Below, in pieces: positions 48,275 to 58,757 of a stretch of DNA of 64,000 bases (position 1 is its first letter; each line of letters starts with the position of its first letter). A model generated the notes under the pieces. That model was given only the letters and a program-made list of their open reading frames with translations, ran no database searches and was not told the origin of the DNA. The stretch comes from Truepera sp. (GTDB lineage Bacteria; Deinococcota; Deinococci; Deinococcales; Trueperaceae). The stretch lies in the NCBI GenBank assembly GCA_965218435.1, contig CBDCKW010000009.1, forward strand, positions 3,648,001 through 3,712,000, in the 5' to 3' direction. The position numbers and the translations under genes were made by a program.

Positions 48275-48962
48275 AGTGGTTTTCTGGAACACCGTGCAGG
48301 TGGTAGGGGAGACCCGGTTCGGTGTAGTCGAACGTTTGAGAGCTGCGAAGGGTCAGCTCGAGCGGCGCAATGCCCGCTCTCACCTCGGTCGGCAGCCCTG
48401 CAGTCGGAAACCACGGTCTGTTCATCTCTGCCACAATTAATAGCCCGTGCGCGTCACCGACAGCTGCAAACTTTTCTTCAGCTTCACGGTAAGGTTCTAA
48501 GCCTAAGTCACCCAGACCGGAGACGGTTTTGAGCACATCCGGTACAACATACCCGACTTCGCTGACGTTCAAAATGTGCTGTGAATCAAATGGGGCAGTG
48601 CTGGCGTTGGAAAGTTCGTGGCGAGCGATGAACTCTACGATATTTCCGTCCGCGTCTAAGAAGTACACCTGTTCAGCGTTCCAGCTTTCAGAGAAAAATT
48701 GGTCTTGTCCAGCTTCCTTAAGCAGCTCTACCCGTTCTAACAGCCACGTTTTCGCTTCAGCTAGCTTGTTTTCCGGGATATTAAAAGCGAAATGATACGG
48801 TCTCAACTCTACTGCCGTACTGAACTGCAGTGCCGTAAACCCTACTTTTACAGTGAAAGATTCGGGAGTTTGCTCGAGCAGCCCCAGTCCCAACGTCCCA
48901 CCGTAAAAGTTGCGTTGACGCGTTAAGTCTCGCGTGCTGAGGCGAAGCTCGAGAAACTCCAT
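48273..48962 (-). CDS. VOC/glyoxalase family protein
   Basis: FYGGTLG, YHFAFNIP, YFLDADGNIVEFIAR. Confidence 0.85.
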   Translation of the reverse strand: MEFLELRLSTRDLTRQRNFYGGTLGLGLLEQTPESFTVKVGFTALQFSTAVELRPYHFAFNIPENKLAEAKTWLLERVELLKEAGQDQFFSESWNAEQVYFLDADGNIVEFIARHELSNASTAPFDSQHILNVSEVGYVVPDVLKTVSGLGDLGLEPYREAEEKFAAVGDAHGLLIVAEMNRPWFPTAGLPTEVRAGIAPLELTLRSSQTFDYTEPGLPYHLHGVPENH

Positions 48963-48968
48963 TAGCTC

Positions 48969-49553
48969 TCAGCCGTAACGCTCTTCCTTAAACGGGTCGC
49001 CGCGCATGTGGTAGCCGTTCCGCTCCCAAAAGCCCGGTTTGTCACCCTTCATAAACTCCATGCCGGAAAGCCACTTCGCGCTTTTCCAAGCGTAAAGGTG
49101 CGGAACGATGGTCCGAACCGGGCCGCCGTGTTCGGTGGGGATGTCTTTACCCTCCAACTTATGCGCCACCATACAGTTTTCCGCCGTAAAATCTTCGATT
49201 GAAAGGTTGGTGGTGTAGCCGCCGTAACAGTGAAACAAGATATGCGTCGCTGCGGGGTCGGGCTCGAGGTGCTTCATCAGTTCAGAAGTCAAGACGCCCG
49301 TCCAGCTTACGTCCATCTTCGACCAGTGCGTGACGCAGTGAAAATCTTTGGTCATATCGGTTTGCGGCATGGCTAAGAGGTCGTCCCAGCTGAAAGTCTT
49401 CTCCTTAGCCAGGCCGAATACGCGCAGCTCAAACTCCGCTCGGGTCACGCGCGGCGTCGGGCCGTAGGTCATAATCGGGAAACGTTCGGTAACGCTCTGC
49501 CCCGCCGGAACTTTGGGGTTGTCGGGTTGTTTGCGAAAGATATTTCCGAGCAT
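48969..49553 (-). CDS. Sulfite oxidase-like molybdopterin oxidoreductase (YuiH-like)
   Basis: DFHCVTHWS, EHGGPVR, YAWKSAKW, GFWERNGYH. Confidence 0.92.
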   Translation of the reverse strand: MLGNIFRKQPDNPKVPAGQSVTERFPIMTYGPTPRVTRAEFELRVFGLAKEKTFSWDDLLAMPQTDMTKDFHCVTHWSKMDVSWTGVLTSELMKHLEPDPAATHILFHCYGGYTTNLSIEDFTAENCMVAHKLEGKDIPTEHGGPVRTIVPHLYAWKSAKWLSGMEFMKGDKPGFWERNGYHMRGDPFKEERYG

Positions 49554-49683
49554 CGTTTAGCTTAGCACGCAGCTCCGGTAGAAAAAGTTGTCTTCGGCGG
49601 GTTTTACGGTAGATTTTGCGGTGGGTTTTGAGTTGGGCGCTTTACACTTAAATAGACAGTCTCAAACAGGTAGTCTTAACCAT

Positions 49684-50388
49684 ATGGCTGCGCTTCGTAT
49701 CGTTTTAGTAAGGCCCAAAGACCCGGCGAACATCGGCTCAGCGGCTCGAGCGATGAAAAACTTCGGCCTGAGTGAGCTCTACCTCGCCTCACCGCAGCGC
49801 CCGGTGAACCGGCACGCCTACGCGCTCGCGTCGCACGCCGGAGATGTGTTAGACAGCGCCGTCGTCTGTGAAACAGTCGCTGAAACGCTGGTCGGTTGCA
49901 CGCTCGTTCTCGGGACGACGGCGCGCCCGAGAGACTCCGAGATGCGCGTGTACAGTCTCAGGGAAGCCGCTGAAACGCTGCCACAGGGAGGTGTTGCTAT
50001 CCTTTTCGGCCCGGAGGATTACGGCCTCAGCAACGAGGATTTGCGCCACTGCCAGGGATATATTCAGATTCCGACCGCCGAATATGCGTCCTTAAATCTC
50101 GCCCAAGCCGTGCAACTCGTTGCCTACGAATGGTTTGTTGCTACTGCTGACCGAGAAAGCCTGTCTGCCGCGCGTGAAGTGGCCCCCAGAGAGAGGCTCG
50201 AAGGGCTGTACACGCATCTGCTGGAAATGCTCTACACCATCGGGTATACCGACGCCCAACGTGAGGGGGGTGCCGACGCGATGTTTCGCGCCATCTTTGA
50301 CCGCGCCGAGCTGAGCGAGCGCGAAGTTGCGGCGCTACGCGGCGTGTGGCGGCAGGTTTTATGGGCGGTAGCTAATAACTCCCGTTGA
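49684..50388 (+). CDS. TrmJ/LasT family RNA methyltransferase
   Basis: NIGSAARAMKNFG, GTTAR, FGPEDYGL, SLNLAQAV. Confidence 0.9.
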   Translation: MAALRIVLVRPKDPANIGSAARAMKNFGLSELYLASPQRPVNRHAYALASHAGDVLDSAVVCETVAETLVGCTLVLGTTARPRDSEMRVYSLREAAETLPQGGVAILFGPEDYGLSNEDLRHCQGYIQIPTAEYASLNLAQAVQLVAYEWFVATADRESLSAAREVAPRERLEGLYTHLLEMLYTIGYTDAQREGGADAMFRAIFDRAELSEREVAALRGVWRQVLWAVANNSR

Positions 50389-50414
50389 CACTCCCTAAGC
50401 TCCGCTTGTATACT
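50385..50414 (+). promoter_or_regulatory. Sigma70-type promoter of the tRNA operon
   Basis: TTGACA-N18-TATACT. Confidence 0.75.
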
Positions 50415-50445
50415 CATGGACGCTGACCTGAGGGTTGTCCCTCGA

Positions 50446-50535
50446 GGAGGGTTGGCCGAGCGGTTTAAGGCGGCAGTCTTGAAAACTGCAGTAGGGGCAA
50501 CCTTACCGGGGGTTCGAATCCCTCACCCTCCGCCA
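50446..50535 (+). tRNA. tRNA-Ser(TGA)
   Basis: GGAGGGT/ACCCTCC acceptor stem, CT-TGA-AA loop, long variable arm, TTCGAATC, encoded CCA. Confidence 0.96.
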
Positions 50536-50558
50536 TAACACGTTCAGCGGTACAGTCT

Positions 50559-50650
<92 letters not shown>

Positions 50651-50726
50651 GAATGTCAGGGGTATCATCCCTAAAGAAGTTAGTGGTAGCGGCTAGAAAG
50701 TTACTGATGATAACAGTAATTAGTTT

Positions 50727-50803
<77 letters not shown>

Positions 50804-50836
50804 AAGAACCCCCGTCAGGGACGGGGGTTTTCTTTT
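50804..50836 (+). terminator. tRNA operon terminator
   Basis: AACCCCCGTC-agg-GACGGGGGTT followed by T-rich tail. Confidence 0.9.
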
Positions 50837-50940
50837 GCCCTTGGTGTGATTGGTTGCCAACAAAGACAAAATGTATGCCTACGGTGTGCCGCTTCTAAAC
50901 GCGCAGATTATGAAGATATGGATTGTCTAGGATCGGTACA

Positions 50941-51290
50941 CTACGGCCTTTCGCCGCTTGGGACGGAGAGCGCACTATCTTTTGCTCGAGCCTCGTCTGC
51001 CGGAACGTCTTGTGTAAGCAAGGGTAACGTGACGACTGCCCTGTCTCTGCAAAAGAGCAGCAACGGCGTCTCGGGTAATCTGCGCTTCGCCGCGCCCGCT
51101 TGCATTAGCGTATACGAGCGGGCAAGTGCTTTTTGCCACCCTGCCTTTACGAGCGGCGCAATCCGCTCAGAAACGTCTCGGGGCCGAATACACTCCGGTG
51201 TAAGAGCGCTGCAAAGCTGTCCTCAGCCAGCGTTTTGTTGAAGTCGAAGAAGGCGATACGGTCAAATACGGGCTGCGCGGCTCGGCTCAT
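50941..51290 (-). pseudogene. Possible degraded HAD-family hydrolase fragment
   Basis: MSRAAQPVFDRIAFFDFNKTLAEDSF (DxDxT-like), then a frameshift into RIAPLVKAGWQKALAR. Confidence 0.35.
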
Positions 51291-51556
51291 CTGTGAGGAT
51301 TCGTTTGATAACATAGCCAGGCTACCCGGAAGTGGGGCCTAAAAACCAAAGGGTAGCGGCGCGGACGAAGAGCATTGATTTAGCATTTCCATAAAAGGTT
51401 GCCACAAGTATCATCGCAGAATGTGCGTGCTGGTCAGCTAAGCTTAGATTGAGAGCGTTGCCGACCAGATGATACCTGCTAATTCTAGGGGAGCACTCGA
51501 GGTTTTGCAAAAGGCAAAAAGCGTCCCTTCGCTTTTACCGGGCCGACACAAGAATG

Positions 51557-52903
51557 TTACGAAGGTGCGCCCTGCCCCTCTTCCCTACGAAGCCGTAAAA
51601 ACCACCACTCGCCGCCAAAAATCAGTACGAGCCCAATCGCCGCGATAGCGAGTACCAACGGGTCGGACTGCGCTTTGACGGCCAAAAACGCTCCTAAAAC
51701 GACCACATCGAGCACGATAGCCGTTACTAACACCCAAGCCCTAGCTTTGACCTCCTGACGCGTATGACGCAGCACGCCCCAGTGGACGGCGATGTCCATG
51801 ACGATGTAAAAAATTGCTCCGAGCGACGCAATCCGGCTGAGGTCGAAAAACACGGTCAGCAGCGTAGCAATCAGAATGGTATAGACGAGCGTATGTGCCT
51901 GCGTGTCACCAGGTAAACTGAAGCTTCGGTACAGCGCGAGGTTCATATCAGTGAGCATGGCGAGCATCCTCGAGACCGCAAACACGCTGGCGATGACGCC
52001 GGAAACGGTGGCAACGATAGCAAAGCCAACTGTCAGCCACAACCCCGCTTGACCGAAGGCGGGTCTCGAGGCCCGCGCGAGCGAGTAGTCCCGCGCCTGC
52101 GTGATCTCTTGAACGCTCAGGTTACCCCCGACCGCCAGCGTCACGAGCAGATAGACCACCACACAGATGCTGATAGACACGACGATAGCGCGGCCCACGT
52201 TTTTGTGCGGCTTTTTGATCTCACCCCCGCTATTGGTAATCGTCGTAAAACCTTTGTAACCGAGCAGCGCCAGCGCCACAGCGCCCAAAAAGCCGCCCGG
52301 ATTCGTCCCAGCAGGACTTACAGACACGCTTTCAAAAGAAAATCCAGCTGCCCACAACCCGCCTCCAGCGAGCAGCAACAAACCGCCAATCTTAACAAAC
52401 GCCATCACAAACGAAAAGCTTTGGATGAACTTATTACTCAAGATGTTGATAAAAAAAGCGAAGATGAGTAAGCTGACGCCCAAAACTGGCACCAACCAGC
52501 TGTTCTTGCCGACGTTAAAGAGCTGCAGCGTATACGTCCCAAAGGTGCGGGCAACGAGGCTTTCGTTAATCACCATCGAAAAATACATCAAGAGCGCACA
52601 CGCGCCCGTGACGACCGTTTTACCGTAAGCTTGTTGCAAGATCATGGCGATACCGCCCGCCGACGGATACGCGTTGGACATCTTGACGTACGAGTAGGCG
52701 CTAAAGGCGGCGACGACTGCCGCAGCCAAGAATGCCAAGGGAAACCAGCTCCCGGCGAGTTCAGCGACTTGCCCGGTCAGGGCGAAGATACCCGCGCCGA
52801 TCATCACGCCGGTTCCCAGCGAAACTGCGCCGAGAAGCGAGAGGCTGTTCTTCTGATAATCTGATGATTGTTGGTCTTTACCTTGTGCCATAGGCTCCCA
52901 CAC
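51557..52903 (-). CDS. APC family amino acid permease
   Basis: GVMIGAGIFAL, PSAGG, KGFTTITNSGGE; 12 TM. Confidence 0.9.
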   Translation of the reverse strand: MWEPMAQGKDQQSSDYQKNSLSLLGAVSLGTGVMIGAGIFALTGQVAELAGSWFPLAFLAAAVVAAFSAYSYVKMSNAYPSAGGIAMILQQAYGKTVVTGACALLMYFSMVINESLVARTFGTYTLQLFNVGKNSWLVPVLGVSLLIFAFFINILSNKFIQSFSFVMAFVKIGGLLLLAGGGLWAAGFSFESVSVSPAGTNPGGFLGAVALALLGYKGFTTITNSGGEIKKPHKNVGRAIVVSISICVVVYLLVTLAVGGNLSVQEITQARDYSLARASRPAFGQAGLWLTVGFAIVATVSGVIASVFAVSRMLAMLTDMNLALYRSFSLPGDTQAHTLVYTILIATLLTVFFDLSRIASLGAIFYIVMDIAVHWGVLRHTRQEVKARAWVLVTAIVLDVVVLGAFLAVKAQSDPLVLAIAAIGLVLIFGGEWWFLRLRREEGQGAPS

Positions 52904-53005
52904 GAATACGTTTCGTTTGCGTCGGTGTAATTTTCTAGCAAGCCGTGTTGCTGAGCTTATGTGAAATGCCCTCTACGGTGCCCACGGCTTTCCGGCTCGA
53001 GCCCA

Positions 53006-55519
53006 TTAAGCAGCGGCAGCTCGAGGTTCGGCAGGACGCGCCGCTCTAGGTGTCGCCCCTAGCGGCGGTCTAAACCTACGTAACCGCAGCGCGTTGGTGA
53101 GGACGAAGGCGCTCGAGACCGCCATCGCCGCCGCCGCGAAGATGGGCGAGAGCAACACGCCGAACGCCGGAAAGAGCGCCCCGGCAGCTATAGGAATCAA
53201 GATAATGTTGTAAAAAAACGCCCAGAAGAGGTTTTGCTTGATGTTAGTGATTGTACGTTTCGATAACGCCAGAGCGTTGGGAATCCCACGCAAGTCGCCC
53301 GCCATCAGCACCACGTCGGCGGACTCGGTAGCAATATCCGTCCCCGTCCCGATGGCTAACCCGACGTCAGCTTGGGCCAAAGCGGGCGCGTCGTTGATGC
53401 CGTCACCGACGAACGCAACGCGGCCTTCACGTTGCAGAGCTTTTACGGCGTCGGCTTTGCCACCTGGGAGCACCTCAGCCAACACCTCGTCAATGCCTAG
53501 CTGATGGGCGATAGCGTCAGCCGTGCGCACGTTGTCGCCGGTCATCATAATGACGCGTAGACCCAAGTGGTGCAGGGTTTGAACGGCTTCCAGAGAGGAG
53601 GCTTTAAGCGGGTCGGCCACTGCAATAACCGCAGCCAGCTGTCCGTCTACGGCAGCGTAGAGCGGCGATTTGCCCTCGTCGGCCAGGCGCTCCGTCTCAC
53701 TCGAGGCGGGCCGCTCGAGTCCCAACCGGGTCAGGTAACGCTCAGCGCCGATCTGTACGAGTTGGCCCTCAACCCTGGCCTCGACCCCGTAACCGGGCAC
53801 GGCGTTAAAAGCGTCCGCACCAGGCAAGGTGAGCCCGCCCGCCTTCGCGGACTGCACGATAGCGTCCGCGATGGGATGCTCCGAGTTCTGCTCTACCGCG
53901 GCAACGAGTCTTAACAGCTCACGCTTGTCAAAACCGGGTTGGACGATAAAGTCGGTCAGTTCAGGTTGGCCCCGCGTCAGCGTTCCCGTTTTATCGAGCA
54001 TCACGACCTGAGTTTCTTGCAGACGTTGCAACGCGCCCCCGTTACGAAACAAGATACCCAGCTCAGCGGCTTTACCGGTCCCGACCATGATTGACGTCGG
54101 CGTCGCCAGCCCCATCGCACACGGGCAGGCGATAATCAGCACTGCAACCGCGTTGACAAGCGCAAAACTCAGCGCGGGTTGGGGGCCGAACGCCAGCCAG
54201 AGCCCGAACGTAAGCATGGCAATCCCAATGACGACCGGTACGAACACACTGACTACGCGGTCGGCGAGGGCTTGAATCGGAACTTTCGAGCCCTGCGCGT
54301 CTTCAACCATTTTGACGATCTGCGCGAGTACGGTGTCAGCGCCCACTTTGGTCGCCGTAAAACGGAACGAGCCGGTTTTATTGAGCGTGCCGCCGACCAC
54401 CTCGTCGCCTTCGCCCTTTTGTACCGGGAGCGGTTCACCGGTCATCATCGAAGCGTCAACGAATGAGGAACCGGAGAGCACCAGCCCATCAACCGGAATC
54501 TTTTCACCGGGGCGTATCAGCACGGTGTCCCCCGGTACTACTTCGTCAAGGGGCAGCTCGAGCCGTTCCCCGCCCCTTTCAACTCGAGCGGTTTTGGGTT
54601 GCAAGTTCAGCAGTTTCTTGATCGCTTCACCGGTGCGGCCTTTGGCATGGGCCTCGAGGTATTTACCCAGCAAGATCAGTGTGACAATTGCCGCCGACGC
54701 TTCAAAGTAGACGTGAACTGTCCCGGCAGGCAAGAGCCGCGGTAAAAACGTCGCCACAACCGAGTAGCCGTACGCCGCCGATGTGCCCAGCATTACCAGC
54801 GTGTTCATATCCGGGGACCCGTGCCGGAGGGCGGGCCAGCCCGAGCGGTAAAAACGCCGACCGGGACCGAACTGCACGGCCGTTGCCAAGATAAAAGAAA
54901 CGTAAAATACTGTCTGTGCCGGGACAAAGCCGTTTAGCTGAGCTCCCAAGCCGGGAACAAGCATCGGCAGCATGGCGAGTAAAATTAGCGGCACCGCAAA
55001 AACCGCTGCGACGATCAAGCTGGTTTTAAGCTTACGAAGTTCACCTTCATGTACTTCGCCCTCGGTGTCGGCGTGGTCTTTGCCGGGAGTCTCTTCGCGG
55101 ACGCCGTAGCCAGCCTGACGAACCGCCGCTTTGAGTCCTCCCGGACTCACCTCGTCCGGTAAGTAAGTTACCGTTGCCTTTTCGGTCGCTAAGTTGACCG
55201 ACGCGTCTACTACGCCGCCCGTTTTTTTAAGTGCCCGCTCGACGCGGCCGACACAGCTCGCGCAGGTCATCCCCTCGACGCTGAGGCTGGTCTGCGCTGT
55301 AACCGGCGTGTACCCGCGTTCTTTTATGGCCTCGAGTAGCGCCGGAACCCCGACCTTTTGCGGATCGAAGGTGACGCTGGCTTTTTCGGTTGCCAGATTG
55401 ACCGACGCTTCTTCTACGCCGTCAACTCTGCCGAGCGCACGTTCAACCCGGGCCACACATGACGCGCAGGTTATACCCCGAACACCTACGCTCAGTTGGC
55501 GCTGCGCAACTTCACTCAT
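53006..55519 (-). CDS. copA: Copper-translocating P1B-type ATPase
   Basis: Two TCASC HMA domains, [26 protein letters not shown] and MAVSS. Confidence 0.95.
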   Translation of the reverse strand: MSEVAQRQLSVGVRGITCASCVARVERALGRVDGVEEASVNLATEKASVTFDPQKVGVPALLEAIKERGYTPVTAQTSLSVEGMTCASCVGRVERALKKTGGVVDASVNLATEKATVTYLPDEVSPGGLKAAVRQAGYGVREETPGKDHADTEGEVHEGELRKLKTSLIVAAVFAVPLILLAMLPMLVPGLGAQLNGFVPAQTVFYVSFILATAVQFGPGRRFYRSGWPALRHGSPDMNTLVMLGTSAAYGYSVVATFLPRLLPAGTVHVYFEASAAIVTLILLGKYLEAHAKGRTGEAIKKLLNLQPKTARVERGGERLELPLDEVVPGDTVLIRPGEKIPVDGLVLSGSSFVDASMMTGEPLPVQKGEGDEVVGGTLNKTGSFRFTATKVGADTVLAQIVKMVEDAQGSKVPIQALADRVVSVFVPVVIGIAMLTFGLWLAFGPQPALSFALVNAVAVLIIACPCAMGLATPTSIMVGTGKAAELGILFRNGGALQRLQETQVVMLDKTGTLTRGQPELTDFIVQPGFDKRELLRLVAAVEQNSEHPIADAIVQSAKAGGLTLPGADAFNAVPGYGVEARVEGQLVQIGAERYLTRLGLERPASSETERLADEGKSPLYAAVDGQLAAVIAVADPLKASSLEAVQTLHHLGLRVIMMTGDNVRTADAIAHQLGIDEVLAEVLPGGKADAVKALQREGRVAFVGDGINDAPALAQADVGLAIGTGTDIATESADVVLMAGDLRGIPNALALSKRTITNIKQNLFWAFFYNIILIPIAAGALFPAFGVLLSPIFAAAAMAVSSAFVLTNALRLRRFRPPLGATPRAARPAEPRAAAA

Positions 55520-55559
55520 AGTTGGTCTCCTAAGCCCTCGCTCGAGCTATCCTTAGCCG

Positions 55560-55588
55560 ACGTTATCACCCCACCCCGGGTGGGTCAA
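55560..55588 (-). promoter_or_regulatory. copA promoter with putative CsoR operator
   Basis: TTGACC-N17-TAACGT on minus strand; C-tract/G-tract palindrome CCCACCC-C-GGGTGGG (55570-84). Confidence 0.7.
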
Positions 55589-55762
55589 GCAAAAGCTATA
55601 CAAACTCTACCGATAGACCGGGCGTCTATAGCTTGGGCGCACTACCCTACTCGGGGCAACACGCAACCTTGCTAAACTTATGGCGCACTACGTGTATCTC
55701 GCTCCGTTAACCAAACTCACTAACAGCTCCCGGAGGGCAGCCGTAGAAGCAGGAGGAAATCC

Positions 55763-56110
55763 GTGTCAGACCTAACAAACGACCTAGCAGACGATCTAAA
55801 TGACGTGGATAACGTCACAGCAGTAGCCCCGGAGTGTTTGCACCTTGACCCGGAAACCCGGAAAACTGCCATATTGCGGCTGAAAAGTGCCAAGGGACAC
55901 CTCGAGGGTATCTTGCGGATGTTAGATAACCCGGAGGTCTACTGTGTTGACGTGATGAAACAGCTGAGCGCCGTCCAGGGCGCACTGACCAAAGTCAACG
56001 ACAAGGTGTTGCGTGCGCATATCAGAGACCACGTGGCCACCGCCGTATTGCGCGGCGACACGGAGCACATCGTTGCCGAGCTGATGGAGGCGCTGAAATA
56101 TAAAGGCTGA
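55763..56110 (+). CDS. csoR: CsoR family metal-sensing repressor
   Basis: RLKSAKGHLEGILRM, YCVDVMKQLSAV, HIRDHV. Confidence 0.9.
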   Translation: MSDLTNDLADDLNDVDNVTAVAPECLHLDPETRKTAILRLKSAKGHLEGILRMLDNPEVYCVDVMKQLSAVQGALTKVNDKVLRAHIRDHVATAVLRGDTEHIVAELMEALKYKG

Positions 56111-56231
56111 CAAACTGTAGGGCTCGCCGTACTCAGCCGTAAACCGAGTGTCCTTTTTTTAACTCCGGCAGCTCTAGCTCGCAATCTTTTAGAACTTTCA
56201 GTATTGACTAAAAGCTTAAAAGAGACTATAT

Positions 56232-56720
56232 TTGCCAAAAGAGGTTTCAGTTATTTCTAAACATACAGAAAAACAGATGTATCTCGAGGAACTGGGAATG
56301 GCCCTAGAGGGTTTGGGAATGCCCCGTATCGCTGGCCGGGTACTGAGTGCGCTGCTGGTAGCCGACCCCCCGGAGCAAACCGCCGAACAACTCTCAAAAA
56401 CGCTCCAGGCGAGCCGGGGAGCCGTCAGCGGCGGTACGACGATGCTTACAACGATGGGCCTGATTGAACGCCGCCGCCGACCGGGAGACCGTAAAGATTA
56501 CTTCTGCAACCGACCCAACGCCTGGTTCGAGGCGACCAAGCGGCAAGTCACCCTGATCGCGCAGCTCAGGCAGTTATCCGAAAAGGGGCTCGAGGTTCTG
56601 GGGAGTGACGACCCCGAAGTCACCAAAGGTTTGCGCGACATGCGCGACATGCTCACCTTTTACGAACGCGAACTGCCGGATATCTTCGCCCGCTGGGAGG
56701 AGAAAACCAGAAAGGAATAA
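56232..56720 (+). CDS. GbsR/MarR family regulator
   Basis: GMPRIAGRVL, LQASRGAVS, PGDRKDYF. Confidence 0.85.
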   Translation: MPKEVSVISKHTEKQMYLEELGMALEGLGMPRIAGRVLSALLVADPPEQTAEQLSKTLQASRGAVSGGTTMLTTMGLIERRRRPGDRKDYFCNRPNAWFEATKRQVTLIAQLRQLSEKGLEVLGSDDPEVTKGLRDMRDMLTFYERELPDIFARWEEKTRKE

Positions 56721-56722
56721 GG

Positions 56723-57949
56723 ATGAACACCTCAATCTCTAAACTCGCGTGGCGTAATTTGTGGCGGCACAAACGCCGCACGCAGCTCTTACTCGCTGTA
56801 GTGGCTTACGCAACGGTTGCTATCATCTTTTTTTGGGGTTTTTACGACGGCTTTGTCAATGTCCTGCTAGGCGGTCAAGCGCGTTACCTGAGCGCCCCGG
56901 TGATGGTGCAAACAGAGGCGTATCGTACCGACCCCGACCCGGAAAACCGGTTGCCGACGCTGAACTTCGACGATAAGCTCACTCAGATTGACGGGGTACG
57001 CGGCGCTGCGCCGAGGCTCGAGTTTCAAGCCCTGCTGCGCTCCCCGTACCGGACGCTCGGCGCTCAGGTACGCGGCGTCAATCCGGCGTTAGAAGGGCAA
57101 GTCAGCGATATTCCCGGCACCATCGGTGAGGGTCGGATGATCCAAAATTCGGGCGAACTCGTCCTCGGCAAAACGCTCGCTGAAGACCTCGACGTGCGTG
57201 TCGGTGAAAGGCTGGCTTTAGACGTGCAGTCACTGGCGGGTGCTCAGGGTACAGGCTTAAGGGTTGTCGGGCTGATTGACAGCAACATTGACCCCGTAGA
57301 CGAAGGCGTGGTGCTCGTTCACCTAGACGACGCACGGGCGCTCACAGGGGTTAAAACAGCGACGGGCGTCGCGCTAGACGTGCAGCAAGGCAGTGAAGAC
57401 GCCGTAGCCGAGGCGGTCAATAGTGCAGCCGTTTTACCTGTAGGCGTAGAGGCGTATCCCATTAAAGCCCTTTTGGGCGGTCTCATGGCAGGTATCGAAG
57501 GCAAACGCAGCTCGATGGTCCCCATTGTGCTGATCTTTGCGCTTTTCGCGGCTGTCACGGTGATGAGTACGGTGATCGTCAGCGTGATTGAACGTACCAG
57601 AGAGTTTGGAGTGATGACCTCGCTCGGGCTGAGCCAAAACCAACTTGCGCGGATGGTGACGCTCGAGGCCGTCTACACCACCCTGATCGGCTTTGTTGTC
57701 GGTGCTGCGCTGGGTTTCGGCCTCAACGCGCTCTTATCCATAACCAACCTGATGGGACCCTTTATCAAAACCTTTTACGGCAACTATCTGCAAGGTCTGG
57801 CGCTCAGCGACACCTTTGTCCTGGCAGCGAGCCTGAGTTACCTCGGCTGGGCCGCTGTGACCATCTTGTTTGCCGCTGTCTTAGCCGTGACCGTCCCCGG
57901 CAAACGCGTCCGCAACCTCAACTCTGCCGAGGCGATGCGGGCGAACTAA
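56723..57949 (+). CDS. ABC transporter permease, FtsX/LolE-like
   Basis: LAWRNLWRHKRRT; MacB-type periplasmic domain; ERTREFGVM. Confidence 0.9.
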   Translation: MNTSISKLAWRNLWRHKRRTQLLLAVVAYATVAIIFFWGFYDGFVNVLLGGQARYLSAPVMVQTEAYRTDPDPENRLPTLNFDDKLTQIDGVRGAAPRLEFQALLRSPYRTLGAQVRGVNPALEGQVSDIPGTIGEGRMIQNSGELVLGKTLAEDLDVRVGERLALDVQSLAGAQGTGLRVVGLIDSNIDPVDEGVVLVHLDDARALTGVKTATGVALDVQQGSEDAVAEAVNSAAVLPVGVEAYPIKALLGGLMAGIEGKRSSMVPIVLIFALFAAVTVMSTVIVSVIERTREFGVMTSLGLSQNQLARMVTLEAVYTTLIGFVVGAALGFGLNALLSITNLMGPFIKTFYGNYLQGLALSDTFVLAASLSYLGWAAVTILFAAVLAVTVPGKRVRNLNSAEAMRAN

Positions 57950-57999
57950 CAGAAGTCAGAAATCAGCATAGCGTCTCTGCTGATGACCGACTACTGACC
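57950..57999. repeat. Heptamer-repeat hairpin element, empty copy 1
   Basis: CAGAAGT CAGAAAT CAGCA - 9 nt - TGCTG ATGACCG ACTACTG; 15/19 inverted match. Confidence 0.75.
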
Positions 58000-58019
58000 A
58001 CCCTCATCAAGGAGAAACC

Positions 58020-58757
58020 ATGAAGCTTAGTTACCTACTACTTACCTTCTTTCTTTCGCTCAGCTTTGCCGGTGCCCAAGATGCAGCGAGCATCCTAGAC
58101 ACCATCACCAATAACCTACGCGGCGAGTCGCAAGCTGCGACCCTAAACATGCAGGTGATCCGCCCGGACAAAGAAGATACCTACACGATGCGGATTTACA
58201 GCGAAGGTGAATCGAAAGGTCTGACCCGCGTCATCGCCCCGCCCCGCGACGCTGGCCAAGCGTTCCTAAACGATGGCGATAACGTCTTTATCTATAACCC
58301 CCGTCTGCGCCGCGTGCTGCGGCTGCCGCCGAGCGGTCAAAGCGATTCGTTTTTAGGTTCGGACATCTCGTACGACGACCTCGCCGGAGACGATTTACAA
58401 GAGAACTACTCGGCGAAGATTTTAGAAGAGACGGATAGTAGCGTGACGCTCGAGCTAACGCCCAACCCAAACGCCCCGACGCCCTACGGCAAAGTTCACC
58501 TGACTGCTGAGAAGCCCTCATACGCGCCCACTCAAATCACCTACTTCGACCAGCGCAACACGGCGGTTAAAGAGAATATCTTGTCGGACTACGCCGAGGT
58601 AGACGGGCGCTACATCCCGCAACAGTTTGAAGTCAAAGACTTGCTTACTGAAGGCAACATGACCGTTGTCACCTGGCAAGACGCGGAGTTCGGCGTTTCT
58701 ATTCCTGAGTCATGCTTTAGCCAAAACGCCTTAGAGCGTGAAGGAGCCTGCGAATGA
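58020..58757 (+). CDS. Outer membrane lipoprotein-sorting (LolA-like) protein
   Basis: Signal peptide; PPRDAGQAFL, YNPRLRRV, FLGSDISYDDL. Confidence 0.85.
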   Translation: MKLSYLLLTFFLSLSFAGAQDAASILDTITNNLRGESQAATLNMQVIRPDKEDTYTMRIYSEGESKGLTRVIAPPRDAGQAFLNDGDNVFIYNPRLRRVLRLPPSGQSDSFLGSDISYDDLAGDDLQENYSAKILEETDSSVTLELTPNPNAPTPYGKVHLTAEKPSYAPTQITYFDQRNTAVKENILSDYAEVDGRYIPQQFEVKDLLTEGNMTVVTWQDAEFGVSIPESCFSQNALEREGACE

